This document shows, piece after piece, positions 36,444 to 47,127 of a DNA stretch of 64,000 nt. This DNA comes from an uncultured Lachnospiraceae bacterium. GTDB lineage: Bacteria; Bacillota; Clostridia; Lachnospirales; Lachnospiraceae. The position numbers and the translations under genes were made by a program. Location of the stretch: positions 44,257 to 108,256 of the forward strand of contig CAZMIX010000004.1 of NCBI GenBank assembly GCA_964566545.1, written 5' to 3'. The notes beneath the pieces are model-generated. The model saw only the letters and a program-made list of their open reading frames with translations. It made no database searches and was not told where the DNA came from. Every line of letters begins with the position of its first letter. Position 1 is the stretch's first letter.

Positions 36444-39311
36444 TCAGTCTTCAATAACCTCTACTTCTGTCGTATCGGCAATACCGTTAATTAACTCATC
36501 GGCATTCTCCAGCCCAAAGTAATACTTAAAAACATCGCTCGCGACCGCCGCCGCGTTGGCAGACGTATAACCGTAGGCAATCCGGACAGTTACTGCAATT
36601 TCCGGATTTTCATATGGAGCAAAACCAAGAAACAGCGCGTGGTTCGTTCTTGAGGTACTGGTCTGTGCCGTACCGGTTTTTCCGGCCACATTAATCGGAA
36701 AATCCTTAAACGCACTTGTCTTCTCAGCAACGATACGCATGCCTGACCGTACAGCACTCCATGTGGAATCCTGAACCCGGATTTGGTTTCTAACCTGCGG
36801 CTCGAAATCCTCAATCGCCGTTCCGGCAGAATCCGTCACCTTGCTGACAAGCGACATTTGATAACACGTTCCTTTATTTGCGATTGACGTCACATATCTG
36901 GCAAGGCCGATCGTCGTATAGTTATGGCTTCCCTGTCCGATTGCAGAGTCGATCGGAAGGACATCTGAAAACTTGGGCTCGTTCTCCTCCATCTCGACAC
37001 CGGTCTTTTCCGTCAGGCCAAACAAATCCGCATATTCCTCAAGCTTGTCCAAACCGGCTTTTTCCGAATAGGTCGTTGTCATCATGTTTGTACTTAAGCG
37101 ATAGCCGACTTCATAAAAGAAACTGTTACAAGAATTTCCGATCGCCTGTACGACATCTAAATTTCCGTGCGCGCCCGGATAAATCCAGCATTTTTTAGCA
37201 GGCTCTACCGTATCATAAATACCTCGGCATTGGATTGATTCTCCTAAATTGACAACACCGTCCTCCAAAGCCGTGACGGCAGATACCATCTTGAACGTGG
37301 AACCGGGAGCCGTCATCTGCTGTGTTGCACAATTATACATCGGGCTTGATAAATCAGACATCAACTGGGCATAATAATCTGCGTCAATCGTGTTTGCAAG
37401 CTTATTGGAATCATAGCCCGGATAGGTGACACAGGCCAGCAGTTCGCCGTTTGTTCCGGTGACAACACAGGAACCGGTGCAGGGATCAAGCGCAAGCTGT
37501 GCAGGCGTAATTTCAATATTGGAAATTTTGTTGATCAGAAAATCATACGCCGTCTTAGCACCGGTCTCCACCGCTTCTTTTTCGGCGGTCGTTCCATAAA
37601 CAGCTCTCTGTTCAAATAAAATCATACAAATTTCCCTTCCGGTCAGCTCATTATCCCGGATCATATATTTATACAACTTTTTAGAAAAACCGTTATCACT
37701 CTTTAAATCTTCACAGATAAAATCCACCAGCTGAGAATAGACTTCCTCCGTATCGGAATATTGGTTGCTTAAATTAAAACGGGAAATGTCGATCCAGTTC
37801 TTGGAAAGCGCATGGGTTAAATATTCCTTTAAGCTGATCGTTTCGTCCGTCGTCCATGCAATATAGGTCGGATCCTCTCTGTCAATTTCATCATTGATAA
37901 GAATCCCTGTGTTGGAGGAAGCCAGCCGCGAAACAATATAGCTTTCATACACCTGCATTTCCGTTGTAAGCCGTTCGTATGGTGTCGAAGTAGTGAGCAA
38001 CTCGTCCCTTAAAACGTCAACCGCCCGCTCCTGCTTGGAAAGAAAATTGGAATATACCTGCTTTTCATAAGCATCGGCATTCTTTTCACTAAATTGATTG
38101 ATGTCCATGACGTTATTATTGATCAGAGCAAAATAGACATCGTCAATCGGAATCATCATCAAACTGGATTTGACCTCAGCGTTATTATATTCCTTTACAT
38201 TCAAAATCTTTGAAACAAGAATGCCGGCAAGTTTCTGCTCAAGCATATTATAAACTGCCTTTTGCAAATCGGCATCAATTGATAAATAAACGTCATTTCC
38301 GGCCTTCGGTTCGATATGAGAAGCGGTTTCAATCACCTTGCCGACATTATCCACATAAATGATATCTTTTCCCTTCGTGCCCTGTAAATATTCCTCCATT
38401 GTCTTTTCGATACCGGCCTTTCCGACCATGTCATTCATCGTATACTCATGCTCGGAGCCCGCAAGGCTTTCCAGATCATCCGTGGAAGCGTTGCCGGTAT
38501 AGCCAAGGAGCGAAGAAAAATATTTTGCGTCATTATATTTCCGAAGCGTATCCTCTTCGATATCAACGCCCTGCAGAGTGTCTTTATTTTCCATAATAAC
38601 GGCGACCGTCTCTTCGCTGACGTCTGAGGCAATAACCGTAGAGAGGTACTTCTGGTAGTTATTCATACTCATCGCATAGCGTATCGTAATGATCTGCAGG
38701 ATTTCCTCATCCGTGTAGCCCTCCCCCGCTACAAAGACTGTTTTTGTGTCCCTCTTTGTTTTTTTACCGACCTCGTATTTTTCTGAACCTGCAAGATAGG
38801 AAACGACTTGTTCGGGTGTCGCGTTGCGCTCCGATGTTTTTAAATCATCAATCTTGGTATGACCGTATACATCGGCCAAAAAGCGAAGCAGCTTCTTTTC
38901 TGAAACCGTATACTCATACTTTCCATACTCATTCAAAACAATGTTAAAGTTATTTAACACCTTATCCCCGCAGTCCTCAATAAGATGAACGGTGCGAAGA
39001 ATCGTATTATTCATTTCCTCGTTTTTCATGCTGCCGGATTCATAATTGTCTTCAATTGTCACAGAATAGGCAAGCTCATTGTATGCAAGCAGATTGCCGT
39101 CTTTGTCGTAGATGTTGCCGCGCGCACTTTTTAACGTCGTCTCTTTTTTGATAGTCAGTGTGAAATTGTTCAGATAATCCTCGCCATTAATAATTTGTAA
39201 GATAAACAGCTTTTGTATTAGAATTGCAAATAGTACAATGAATATAATGATTAATACAAAAAATCTAGAAAATATTACGTTTTTCAACCAGTCCTTTATA
39301 TCGTTCAGCAA
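36444..39311 (-). CDS. mrdA: Class B penicillin-binding protein 2 (elongasome transpeptidase), long clostridial form
   Basis: N-terminal TM helix, SxxK (GSTFKMVS), SxN (NSCNSFF) and KTGT (AGKTGTAQ). Confidence 0.88.
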   Translation of the reverse strand: MLNDIKDWLKNVIFSRFFVLIIIFIVLFAILIQKLFILQIINGEDYLNNFTLTIKKETTLKSARGNIYDKDGNLLAYNELAYSVTIEDNYESGSMKNEEMNNTILRTVHLIEDCGDKVLNNFNIVLNEYGKYEYTVSEKKLLRFLADVYGHTKIDDLKTSERNATPEQVVSYLAGSEKYEVGKKTKRDTKTVFVAGEGYTDEEILQIITIRYAMSMNNYQKYLSTVIASDVSEETVAVIMENKDTLQGVDIEEDTLRKYNDAKYFSSLLGYTGNASTDDLESLAGSEHEYTMNDMVGKAGIEKTMEEYLQGTKGKDIIYVDNVGKVIETASHIEPKAGNDVYLSIDADLQKAVYNMLEQKLAGILVSKILNVKEYNNAEVKSSLMMIPIDDVYFALINNNVMDINQFSEKNADAYEKQVYSNFLSKQERAVDVLRDELLTTSTPYERLTTEMQVYESYIVSRLASSNTGILINDEIDREDPTYIAWTTDETISLKEYLTHALSKNWIDISRFNLSNQYSDTEEVYSQLVDFICEDLKSDNGFSKKLYKYMIRDNELTGREICMILFEQRAVYGTTAEKEAVETGAKTAYDFLINKISNIEITPAQLALDPCTGSCVVTGTNGELLACVTYPGYDSNKLANTIDADYYAQLMSDLSSPMYNCATQQMTAPGSTFKMVSAVTALEDGVVNLGESIQCRGIYDTVEPAKKCWIYPGAHGNLDVVQAIGNSCNSFFYEVGYRLSTNMMTTTYSEKAGLDKLEEYADLFGLTEKTGVEMEENEPKFSDVLPIDSAIGQGSHNYTTIGLARYVTSIANKGTCYQMSLVSKVTDSAGTAIEDFEPQVRNQIRVQDSTWSAVRSGMRIVAEKTSAFKDFPINVAGKTGTAQTSTSRTNHALFLGFAPYENPEIAVTVRIAYGYTSANAAAVASDVFKYYFGLENADELINGIADTTEVEVIED

Positions 39312-39314
39312 ACG

Positions 39315-39821
39315 CTATGCACTCCTTTTCTCTCTCGCTTCCAGCCATTCATTTACCCACAAAATGGTCTTATAGACAATCAGCGTCACAAGAATCGTAT
39401 ATACGATTTCCGGTAAAATAACATGAACAAAATAGTAGCCAAGATTCAGCTTTCCCCTTAGTAAAAATAAAAAAATATAGCAGAGAAAGCAATATAACAG
39501 TTCACTGGCCGTAATGAGAATCATCGGCAGCTTGATATCCTCCGGATAAAAAATACTTCTGAAAAATCCATTCAAATAGCCGATGCACATATAAACAAGC
39601 GCGTAAAATCCAAGAATATCCCCGTAAAAGATGTCTAAAATCAGACCGGCCAGAAAGCCAATTACCATCCCCTCCTTTTTTCCGCACATGAAGCCGAATG
39701 AGGAGGTGATGATAATCAATATATTAGGAACGATGCCGCCAAGCGATATCCTTTGGAAAAAAGTACATTGCAGCAAATATCCGATAATAACCATTAAGAT
39801 GATGATAGTTTTTCTGAGCAT
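39315..39821 (-). CDS. mreD: Rod shape-determining protein MreD
   Basis: Small polytopic membrane protein directly downstream of mreC. Confidence 0.8.
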   Translation of the reverse strand: MLRKTIIILMVIIGYLLQCTFFQRISLGGIVPNILIIITSSFGFMCGKKEGMVIGFLAGLILDIFYGDILGFYALVYMCIGYLNGFFRSIFYPEDIKLPMILITASELLYCFLCYIFLFLLRGKLNLGYYFVHVILPEIVYTILVTLIVYKTILWVNEWLEAREKRSA

Positions 39822-39850
39822 ATGCGTTTAACCCGCTTTCCGATAGCGCC

Positions 39851-40714
39851 CTAATCCTTCTGCTGCTTCAACTCCGTAATAACAAGCACGGTATCCAAAT
39901 GCTTAAAATCCACAATAGGCGTGATATAACCCGATTTTGTCAGGTTGTTCGCATCCTTGTTAATCTGCGTAATATAGCCGACAGAAATCCCCGGGAGATA
40001 TCTGTTGCTGATGCGGGAGGTTACGACCAAGTCGCCCTGCACAATAACATCCTCATTGTCGATTAGCTGGGAGAACCGAATATAGCCTTCGTTCATCAGC
40101 TCCAGATCACCCGTCACAATCAGCCGATCCGAGGTTGACAGTACCATACCGCTCAAATTGGAATTATCGTCGATAATCGACTTGACTGTCGCCCAATTGG
40201 GTCCCGACTCCGTGACAATGCCAACAAGACCGCCGCCGGCCATTACGTTCATATCCACGTCGATCCCGTCATTTTTCCCTTTATCAATTAAAAAAGAACT
40301 AAACCAGTTCCCGGCATCCTTTCCGATCACTCTCGCCCCGACCTTATCGTAGCCGGAATACTGTTCGTCCAGTGCAAACAACTGCCTCAGCTCCGAAAGC
40401 TCATATTTATCCTGCTTCAGGTCGTTTACTTGAATCGCCAAATCCGCGACCTGCGTTTTTAACTCCTCATTTTCCTTTGCAAGCTCATCCATCCGTTTAA
40501 TACTATCCGAACGACTTGTCAGCCAAAGACCGGCCTTTGAGATTCCCTTTTGGAACGGAACGATCGTATAGCCCGCAACCGTTTCCAGCGATCCGCTGAT
40601 CGCATCTGTCGTAAACGACAGGATCATCATCGTTATACAGACAATGGTCAGTGCAAGCAGGACGTATTTACTTGGAATAGAAATTTTTGTTCTATTAGAG
40701 CGGTTCCTTGCCAT
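39851..40714 (-). CDS. mreC: Rod shape-determining protein MreC
   Basis: TM helix, coiled coil (ENEELKTQVADL) and beta-barrel domains (V.TSG....P.GI.VG). Confidence 0.9.
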   Translation of the reverse strand: MARNRSNRTKISIPSKYVLLALTIVCITMMILSFTTDAISGSLETVAGYTIVPFQKGISKAGLWLTSRSDSIKRMDELAKENEELKTQVADLAIQVNDLKQDKYELSELRQLFALDEQYSGYDKVGARVIGKDAGNWFSSFLIDKGKNDGIDVDMNVMAGGGLVGIVTESGPNWATVKSIIDDNSNLSGMVLSTSDRLIVTGDLELMNEGYIRFSQLIDNEDVIVQGDLVVTSRISNRYLPGISVGYITQINKDANNLTKSGYITPIVDFKHLDTVLVITELKQQKD

Positions 40715-40726
40715 GAATCCTTCCCC

Positions 40727-41740
40727 TTAGTTTGTGAAATCCTGCATCGAATAAGCCACCGAGTGAAAATGCTCATTTTTTATTATCTGGGAAAGACCAT
40801 AAGCGACACTTTCTTCACCATTTGATGAAAAATTTACCTTCAGCCCGGTGCTTCTACCGATCAGCTCATGCAGATTGCCGATTCCCGCGGAACCTCCTGT
40901 CAGGAAAATGCCCTTTTTATAAATATCCGCACCAAGCTCCGGCGGAGTTCTCTCCAGAATTACGCGTACGCTGTCAATGATCATTTCAAAATTCTCACGC
41001 ATTGCCTTTTCGATTAAATTCGTCGGGATATTCCTCTCAACAGGAAGTCCTGTCACAATATCCCTTCCGTAGACAACCGCATCCTCTTCTGCCGCTTCGA
41101 GCTTCGGAAGCGCTATTTTTACTTTTTCGGCCGTTTTGGCACCGATCAGCAGATTGTATTCTTTTCTGATAATATTGCGAATGCTTTCATCAAATTTTTT
41201 TCCACCAATTTTAATGAGACGGCTGAGCACGATACCCCCAAGAGATAAGATGGAGACTTCCGTCGTGTCAAAGCCAATATTGACGATCAGAATTCCCTGA
41301 GAATTCTTCAAATCGACATCAAAACCAATGCTGTCCGCGATTGCCTTTTCAACAATATAAATACCGCGCGCCTTGACGTTAGAATCCTTAACAAGATCAA
41401 AAAAAGCTCGTTTTTCCACCTCGGTGATATCGGTCGGAACAGAAATATAGTAATCGGCGGGCTTTATGTTTCCGCCCATTGCATCGGAAATAAAGCTCCT
41501 CAGCAAAATCTGCATATGATTAATATCCGCGATCACACCGCTTGTCACCGGATAGGAAACCACAATCGAGGCGGGTGCTTTTTCATACATCTCGAATGCC
41601 TGATCACCGTAAGCAAACACATTTCTTTTATTTTGGATCGCTATCATATTTTTCTGACTCGTAATTTTTTCTTCGAATCCATTATATATTTTAATGTTGC
41701 AGGTACCGAGATCGATACCGAATGCATTGACTGACAACAA
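40727..41740 (-). CDS. mreB: Actin-like rod shape protein MreB family
   Basis: GIDLGTCN phosphate-1 motif, DIGFDTTEVS and LTGGSA motifs. Confidence 0.9.
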   Translation of the reverse strand: MLSVNAFGIDLGTCNIKIYNGFEEKITSQKNMIAIQNKRNVFAYGDQAFEMYEKAPASIVVSYPVTSGVIADINHMQILLRSFISDAMGGNIKPADYYISVPTDITEVEKRAFFDLVKDSNVKARGIYIVEKAIADSIGFDVDLKNSQGILIVNIGFDTTEVSILSLGGIVLSRLIKIGGKKFDESIRNIIRKEYNLLIGAKTAEKVKIALPKLEAAEEDAVVYGRDIVTGLPVERNIPTNLIEKAMRENFEMIIDSVRVILERTPPELGADIYKKGIFLTGGSAGIGNLHELIGRSTGLKVNFSSNGEESVAYGLSQIIKNEHFHSVAYSMQDFTN

Positions 41741-41750
41741 AAACCCTCCT

Positions 41751-42449
41751 TCAAAACAAACCGGCTTCTTTTAAGCTGATATAACAGTTATTGCCGATAA
41801 TGATGTGATCAATTAACTGAATATCCATAATATTTCCGGCTTCTCTTATCTTTTTTGTGACAACTATATCCTCTTTGCTCGGTGTAGGATTGCCGCTCGG
41901 ATGATTATGCATCATGATAATATAAACGGCTCCGCTGCTTAATGCCTTTATAAAAATTTCCCGCGCAGAAACGAGCGACTGGTTCACAGTCCCGCTCGAC
42001 AACAAAAAATCACTTAAAAATCCACTGGCACCATTTAAAAATATAATCCATGTCTGTTCGTTTGTCAGATGGCGCATGCTCTCCATATAATAGTCGGCAA
42101 GCACCTTTGGTGAGTTTACAGTCATTTTCTCCGGCATCGCCGTTATGGAAATGCGTCTGGAAAGCTCTGCAATACACTTTAACGTGATTGCCTTTACATT
42201 TCCAACTCCGGGAAGTTTTTTAAGCTCCTCCAATGACTTTTGGTGCAGCGCCAAAAGACTATGTTCTCCCCGGGGCAGTTCCAAAACTTTTCTGGCAAGC
42301 TCAATGGAGGTCTCACCCTTTGTTCCTGTCTTTAACAGGATAGCTAACAGCTCGGCATCTGTCAATGCGTAAGCTCCATGCTTTAAGAATTTTTCATATG
42401 GCCTTTCCAGAGCCGGTAAATCTTTCATTGTAAGATGTTCAGTGTCCAA
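41751..42449 (-). CDS. radC: RadC-family JAB-domain protein
   Basis: HhH region (LPGVGNVKA) and JAMM motif (HNHPSGNPTPSKED). Confidence 0.9.
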   Translation of the reverse strand: MDTEHLTMKDLPALERPYEKFLKHGAYALTDAELLAILLKTGTKGETSIELARKVLELPRGEHSLLALHQKSLEELKKLPGVGNVKAITLKCIAELSRRISITAMPEKMTVNSPKVLADYYMESMRHLTNEQTWIIFLNGASGFLSDFLLSSGTVNQSLVSAREIFIKALSSGAVYIIMMHNHPSGNPTPSKEDIVVTKKIREAGNIMDIQLIDHIIIGNNCYISLKEAGLF

Positions 42450-42558
42450 TGTTCTCCTCCGTTTTCATAATTCTCCGGATATGCAGACGAAGGAATGTTG
42501 GATGGTTATTGTTATGCCAATAATTTTGGCAGGCTAAGGGGTAAAGCAGTTGATGCGG

Positions 42559-42822
42559 CTATAGCTTGCGGTAGATTAGCACTCCGATTACAATACCGAT
42601 AATACTCGCGATCGTAATTTTAATCGTAACCGCAAAGGTTAGTGCGATGATGCCAAGATCAAGCACAAGTGGACTCGTAAATCCAAAGGTCTTTCCATAA
42701 TTCAGCCAGCTCAGTCCCGACATGTTTTCCGCCAGCATTCCGATGAAACCGCCAATCACAATTCCGGCAAGAATCAACAGAAAGCATGTCCAGTTATTTT
42801 TTCCTCTCATAGTATACCTCAT
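42559..42822 (-). CDS. Small membrane protein, DUF4321-like
   Basis: 87 aa with two TM helices. LSWLNYGKTFGF...LDLGIIALTF pattern. Typical position next to radC/mreB in Clostridia. Confidence 0.6.
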   Translation of the reverse strand: MRYTMRGKNNWTCFLLILAGIVIGGFIGMLAENMSGLSWLNYGKTFGFTSPLVLDLGIIALTFAVTIKITIASIIGIVIGVLIYRKL

Positions 42823-42997
42823 ATCAAGTCCCGTATATGGAATTCCGAGTCGATTATTGGAATCTTGTGGGAACTACGGGCAGCCATCCACAACATATAG
42901 ACATATTACCATATTTTCATCGTTGTGTACATAAAAATTCAATTAATTTTTACTTTAATTTTTACGACAACAGCTATCAGAATATTACATTTTTTCC

Positions 42998-44287
42998 TTA
43001 TGACAGACAAATCACCCCGGCATCCTTTAAGGACTGCAGCGACCTTAAAATGCCAAACTTTGCATGGTTCCAAGTCAATCCTCCCTGAAAATATACCGCA
43101 TAAGGCGGCTTGATGGGAGCATCTGCACTCAGCTCAATGGAGGAACCGGACACAAACGCTCCGGCCGCCATAATGACATCACAATTATAACCGGGCATCG
43201 CCCATGGCTCCGGAGTCACAAAGCTGTCTACCGGCGCAGCGGCCTGAATGCCCTTACAGAACGCGATGACAGCTTCAGGCGAACCAAGTGTAACCGCCTG
43301 AATAATATCGTGGCGGCTTTCCATACTGTTTGGCACGACCGGAAATCCCAGCCTTTCATAGATACCGGAAGCAAAAACCGCTCCCTTCAGTGCACCGTTT
43401 ACGACCGTTGGGGCTAAAAACAAGCCCTGATAAAAGCTTTGGTTGATACCAAGGGATGCGCCGACCTCTTTCCCGAGCCCGGGAGAGGTCAAGCGGTATG
43501 CAGCGTTCTCGACGCATTCCTTCGTGCCGGCAATATAACCGCCGATCGGTGCAAGTCCACCTCCGGGATTTTTGATTAAGGAACCGACGACCATGTCCGC
43601 GCCGACCTGTGACGGTTCGGTTTCCTCAACAAATTCTCCATAGCAGTTATCCACCATGCAGATGACGCCGGGTTTTATATTTTTAACAAAGGTGATCAGT
43701 TCCCCGATCTGCTTAACCGACAAAGTCGGTCTTGTCTGATATCCTTTTGAACGCTGAATTGTCACCAGCTTTGTTTTTTCATTGATTGCCTGCTTGATTG
43801 CATCATAATCAAAACTTCCGTCAAAAAGCAGTTCCACTTGCCGGTACGTAATGCCGTATTCAGAAAGGGAACCTTTAGACGGACGGATGCCAATGACCTC
43901 CTCAAGCGTATCATATGGCTTTCCTACCGGTGAAAGTAGCTCATCGCCGGGACGCAGATTTGCCGAAAGGGCGACTGCAAGCGCATGAGTACCGCAGGTA
44001 ATCTGCGGTCTGACAAGCGCATCCTCTGTATGAAACAGCTGCGCGTACACCTTCTCAAGTGTATCCCTTCCAAGGTCATTATAGCCGTATCCGCTCGTCA
44101 TTTGAAAGCAAGCCTCGGATACACGGCATTCCTGCATCGCCCGGATAACCTTTAGCTGGTTATATTCCATCGTGTTATCAAATTCGGCAAATCGTTCTTT
44201 TAAATCTATAAGCACACTTTCTCCAAATAAAAAAACGTCCTCATCAATCCCCATCTGCCGGTACATTATTTTTTGTTGTTCATTCAT
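42998..44287 (-). CDS. ynbB: YnbB-like PLP-dependent Cys/Met-metabolism family protein (formerly 'aluminium resistance protein')
   Basis: Characteristic N-terminus and a PLP-fold core (SLIKNPGGG). Conserved position downstream of miaA. Confidence 0.78.
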   Translation of the reverse strand: MNEQQKIMYRQMGIDEDVFLFGESVLIDLKERFAEFDNTMEYNQLKVIRAMQECRVSEACFQMTSGYGYNDLGRDTLEKVYAQLFHTEDALVRPQITCGTHALAVALSANLRPGDELLSPVGKPYDTLEEVIGIRPSKGSLSEYGITYRQVELLFDGSFDYDAIKQAINEKTKLVTIQRSKGYQTRPTLSVKQIGELITFVKNIKPGVICMVDNCYGEFVEETEPSQVGADMVVGSLIKNPGGGLAPIGGYIAGTKECVENAAYRLTSPGLGKEVGASLGINQSFYQGLFLAPTVVNGALKGAVFASGIYERLGFPVVPNSMESRHDIIQAVTLGSPEAVIAFCKGIQAAAPVDSFVTPEPWAMPGYNCDVIMAAGAFVSGSSIELSADAPIKPPYAVYFQGGLTWNHAKFGILRSLQSLKDAGVICLS

Positions 44288-44293
44288 CGCAAC

Positions 44294-45259
44294 CTACTCT
44301 TTTCCTGTCTGTTTTAACTTAATACACTCACATATCCGTGCAAGAATCCGTTCTTCATCATAGCCGTAATCCTTTTTATCCAGCCAGATCAAATCCTTTT
44401 CACGGCGAAACCAAGTGAGCTGACGCTTTGCAAAATGTCTCGTATCCCGCTTAATAATCCGGACTGCCTCCTCCAAAGGATATTCGCCGTCAAGAAAAGC
44501 AAGCAGTTCCTTATAGCCAATTCCCTGCATGGAAATAAGGCTTCTGTCATAGCCCATTTCCTTAAGCCGCATAACTTCCTCTAACAATCCCGCCTGCAGC
44601 ATTTGGTCGACGCGTGCGTCAATCCTCTCATACAAAAGCTCCCGGTCATCGTTGAGCACAAAATAACAAAATGCATAAGGAGATTCCTTTTGTCGCTCCG
44701 CTTCATTATGTGCGGAAATCGGTTTTCCTGTCAAATGATAATATTCCAGCGCACGGATGACACGCTTAACATTGTTTGCGTGAATCTCCTGAGCAGCTTT
44801 CTCGTCCGTCCGTATGAGCAGGTTGTGCAGATATAGAGAACCTTTCTCTTGCACAAGCTGCTCCAGCTTCTTGCGATAGACCGGATCCTCTTTCGTCTGT
44901 TCAAAGTCAATTCCATATAGTACTGCCTGGATATAAAAGCCGGTTCCCCCGACGATTAGGGGAATCTTCCCCTTTTCGTAAATCTCCCGCATGGCGGCAT
45001 TTGCCATGTCCTGAAAACGTGTTACATTAAAAGGTTCTGAGGGCATTAGCTCATCTATGAGATAATGACGGACTCCGCCCATTTCTTCAGGACGTATTTT
45101 TGCGGAGCCGATATCCATATGACGGTAAATTTGCATAGAATCCGCAGAAATAACTTCTGCATTTATTTTTTTTGCCAACAAAATCGAAAGGCTGGTCTTT
45201 CCCACTGCGGTCGGGCCGGTCAATATGACCAGCGGTTTTTTTTCATTCCTGTTTTCCAT
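44294..45259 (-). CDS. miaA: tRNA dimethylallyltransferase
   Basis: P-loop GPTAVGKTS, SADSMQIYR and the QLTWFR motif. Confidence 0.95.
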   Translation of the reverse strand: MENRNEKKPLVILTGPTAVGKTSLSILLAKKINAEVISADSMQIYRHMDIGSAKIRPEEMGGVRHYLIDELMPSEPFNVTRFQDMANAAMREIYEKGKIPLIVGGTGFYIQAVLYGIDFEQTKEDPVYRKKLEQLVQEKGSLYLHNLLIRTDEKAAQEIHANNVKRVIRALEYYHLTGKPISAHNEAERQKESPYAFCYFVLNDDRELLYERIDARVDQMLQAGLLEEVMRLKEMGYDRSLISMQGIGYKELLAFLDGEYPLEEAVRIIKRDTRHFAKRQLTWFRREKDLIWLDKKDYGYDEERILARICECIKLKQTGKE

Positions 45260-45282
45260 AAATTATTCCTTATTTGATTATG

Positions 45283-47112
45283 CTATAAGATCCGCTTGAA
45301 TTTCTTTTCCAGCTCGTATTTGGAATAGGCGATAATAGTTGGCCTTCCATGCGGACAATGATAGGGATTATCAAGCGTCAGCAACTCGTCGATCAAGGTC
45401 TGTGCCTCCTGTCCGGAAAGATGGTCGTTTCCCTTTACGGCGCTTTTACACGCCATTGTTGCAATTCGATCGTCAACCGAAGATATTTCTGTGGAAAGCC
45501 TTTCCTGTGACAGCTCATCCAGCAGTTCATGAAAATAGTCGGCAGCAGTCAGTCCGAACAACTCGGATGGAACCGCGCGGAGCGAATATTCGTTCCCGCC
45601 AAAATGCTCGATTTCAAATCCGACCTGCTCAAAGTTAAAAAGAAACCGTTCTAATAACTGCTCCTCGCTTTTTGACAAGGAGAGAATCGTCGGCGGACTA
45701 AGTAATTGCGAGGCAATCGTATGGTCATTGAGCTTTTTTCTAATCCGTTCATACAACACTTTTTCATGTGCCGCATGCTGATCGATAATGTACAGCTTCT
45801 CATTTAATTCCACCAGCCAGTATGTTTCAAACAGCTGTCCAATAATTCGGTGCTTCTTAAGAGCCTCCTTTGACAGAAAGCGTTCTTCAAACAAATTAAG
45901 CTGTTCCGACGTTTGCATAAGATTTTCCGTATGATAAACAGGTTTCTCGGCTACGCGGTTCTCCTCACCATATAAGGGAAGGAGATCTTTGGCTCTTTTC
46001 TCAATATCTGCCTTTCGCGCCTCTCTCCGGTGTGTTTCAAACGGCTCCGGTATTGAAACATCTGATGCTGGGACTTTAGAAAGTGCACCGCTCACTCTTT
46101 CTTCTTTTATTTCGGGTATCAATTCCTTTTGGGATAATGCCTCTCGGATTTTCTCAATAAGAAGCTGGTGTAATTTTTCTGCCTCCAAAAAACGGATTTC
46201 CATTTTGGCCGGATGCACATTAATGTCGAGCAGTTCCGTTGGAATTGACAAATAAAGAACAACAAGCGGGTATTTATGCAGCATTAAAAACGGCTTATAC
46301 GCTTCATCCAACGTCTTTGAGATCAGAGAGCTTTTTATATAACGTTGATTTACATAATAAACCTCAAAGCTGCGGCTGCTTCTGGCAAGCTCCGGCTTGC
46401 CGATGAATCCCGAAATTTGGATGTTTCCTTCGGTCACATTCAACGGAACGATGTTAGCCGTAATATCCCTTCCGTAAATTTGATAGATAACATCCTTAAT
46501 TTCTCCGTTCCCGGATGTCTGCAGCCTGTTGCTGCCATTAACGATCAGCTTAAAGGCAATGTTCGGATGAGAAAGCATCATGCGCTCCATCAGCTCAATG
46601 ATATAAGTTCCTTCTGTCATGGCGGTTTTTAAAAATTTACGCCTTGCGGGTGTATTAAAAAATAAATTTCTGACAACAAACGTCGTTCCATCCGGCACGC
46701 CGACATCCTCAAGAGCCATTTCCCTCGCGCCCTCAATGACATATCTGGTTCCCGCTGCGGAAGTATTAACTTTTGTCAATAGCTCGACCTTTGCAATAGC
46801 TGCGATGCTGGAAAGCGCCTCTCCGCGAAAGCCGAGACTTTTTATGCAGAGCAGATCCTCGACAGAATGTATCTTGCTCGTGGCATGCCGCAAAAAAGCG
46901 GTTGGAACCTGCTTTTTTTCAATGCCACAGCCGTTATCGGTCACGCGGATAAAATCGATACCTCCGCCTTTGATTTCCACGGTCACTGCATCCGCTCCGG
47001 AATCAATCGCATTTTCGACAAGTTCCTTTACGACGGACATCGGCCGCTCTACTACTTCTCCCGCCGCAATTTTATCAATTGTCTGCCTGTCCAATACCTG
47101 AATCTGTGTCAT
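45283..47112 (-). CDS. mutL: DNA mismatch repair protein MutL
   Basis: GHKL ATPase N-terminus (IAAGEVVERP, ELVENAIDSGA, FGFRGEALSSI) and a C-terminal dimerisation domain (CPHGRP). Confidence 0.95.
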   Translation of the reverse strand: MTQIQVLDRQTIDKIAAGEVVERPMSVVKELVENAIDSGADAVTVEIKGGGIDFIRVTDNGCGIEKKQVPTAFLRHATSKIHSVEDLLCIKSLGFRGEALSSIAAIAKVELLTKVNTSAAGTRYVIEGAREMALEDVGVPDGTTFVVRNLFFNTPARRKFLKTAMTEGTYIIELMERMMLSHPNIAFKLIVNGSNRLQTSGNGEIKDVIYQIYGRDITANIVPLNVTEGNIQISGFIGKPELARSSRSFEVYYVNQRYIKSSLISKTLDEAYKPFLMLHKYPLVVLYLSIPTELLDINVHPAKMEIRFLEAEKLHQLLIEKIREALSQKELIPEIKEERVSGALSKVPASDVSIPEPFETHRREARKADIEKRAKDLLPLYGEENRVAEKPVYHTENLMQTSEQLNLFEERFLSKEALKKHRIIGQLFETYWLVELNEKLYIIDQHAAHEKVLYERIRKKLNDHTIASQLLSPPTILSLSKSEEQLLERFLFNFEQVGFEIEHFGGNEYSLRAVPSELFGLTAADYFHELLDELSQERLSTEISSVDDRIATMACKSAVKGNDHLSGQEAQTLIDELLTLDNPYHCPHGRPTIIAYSKYELEKKFKRIL

Positions 47113-47127
47113 AGGATCTCCTTTGCC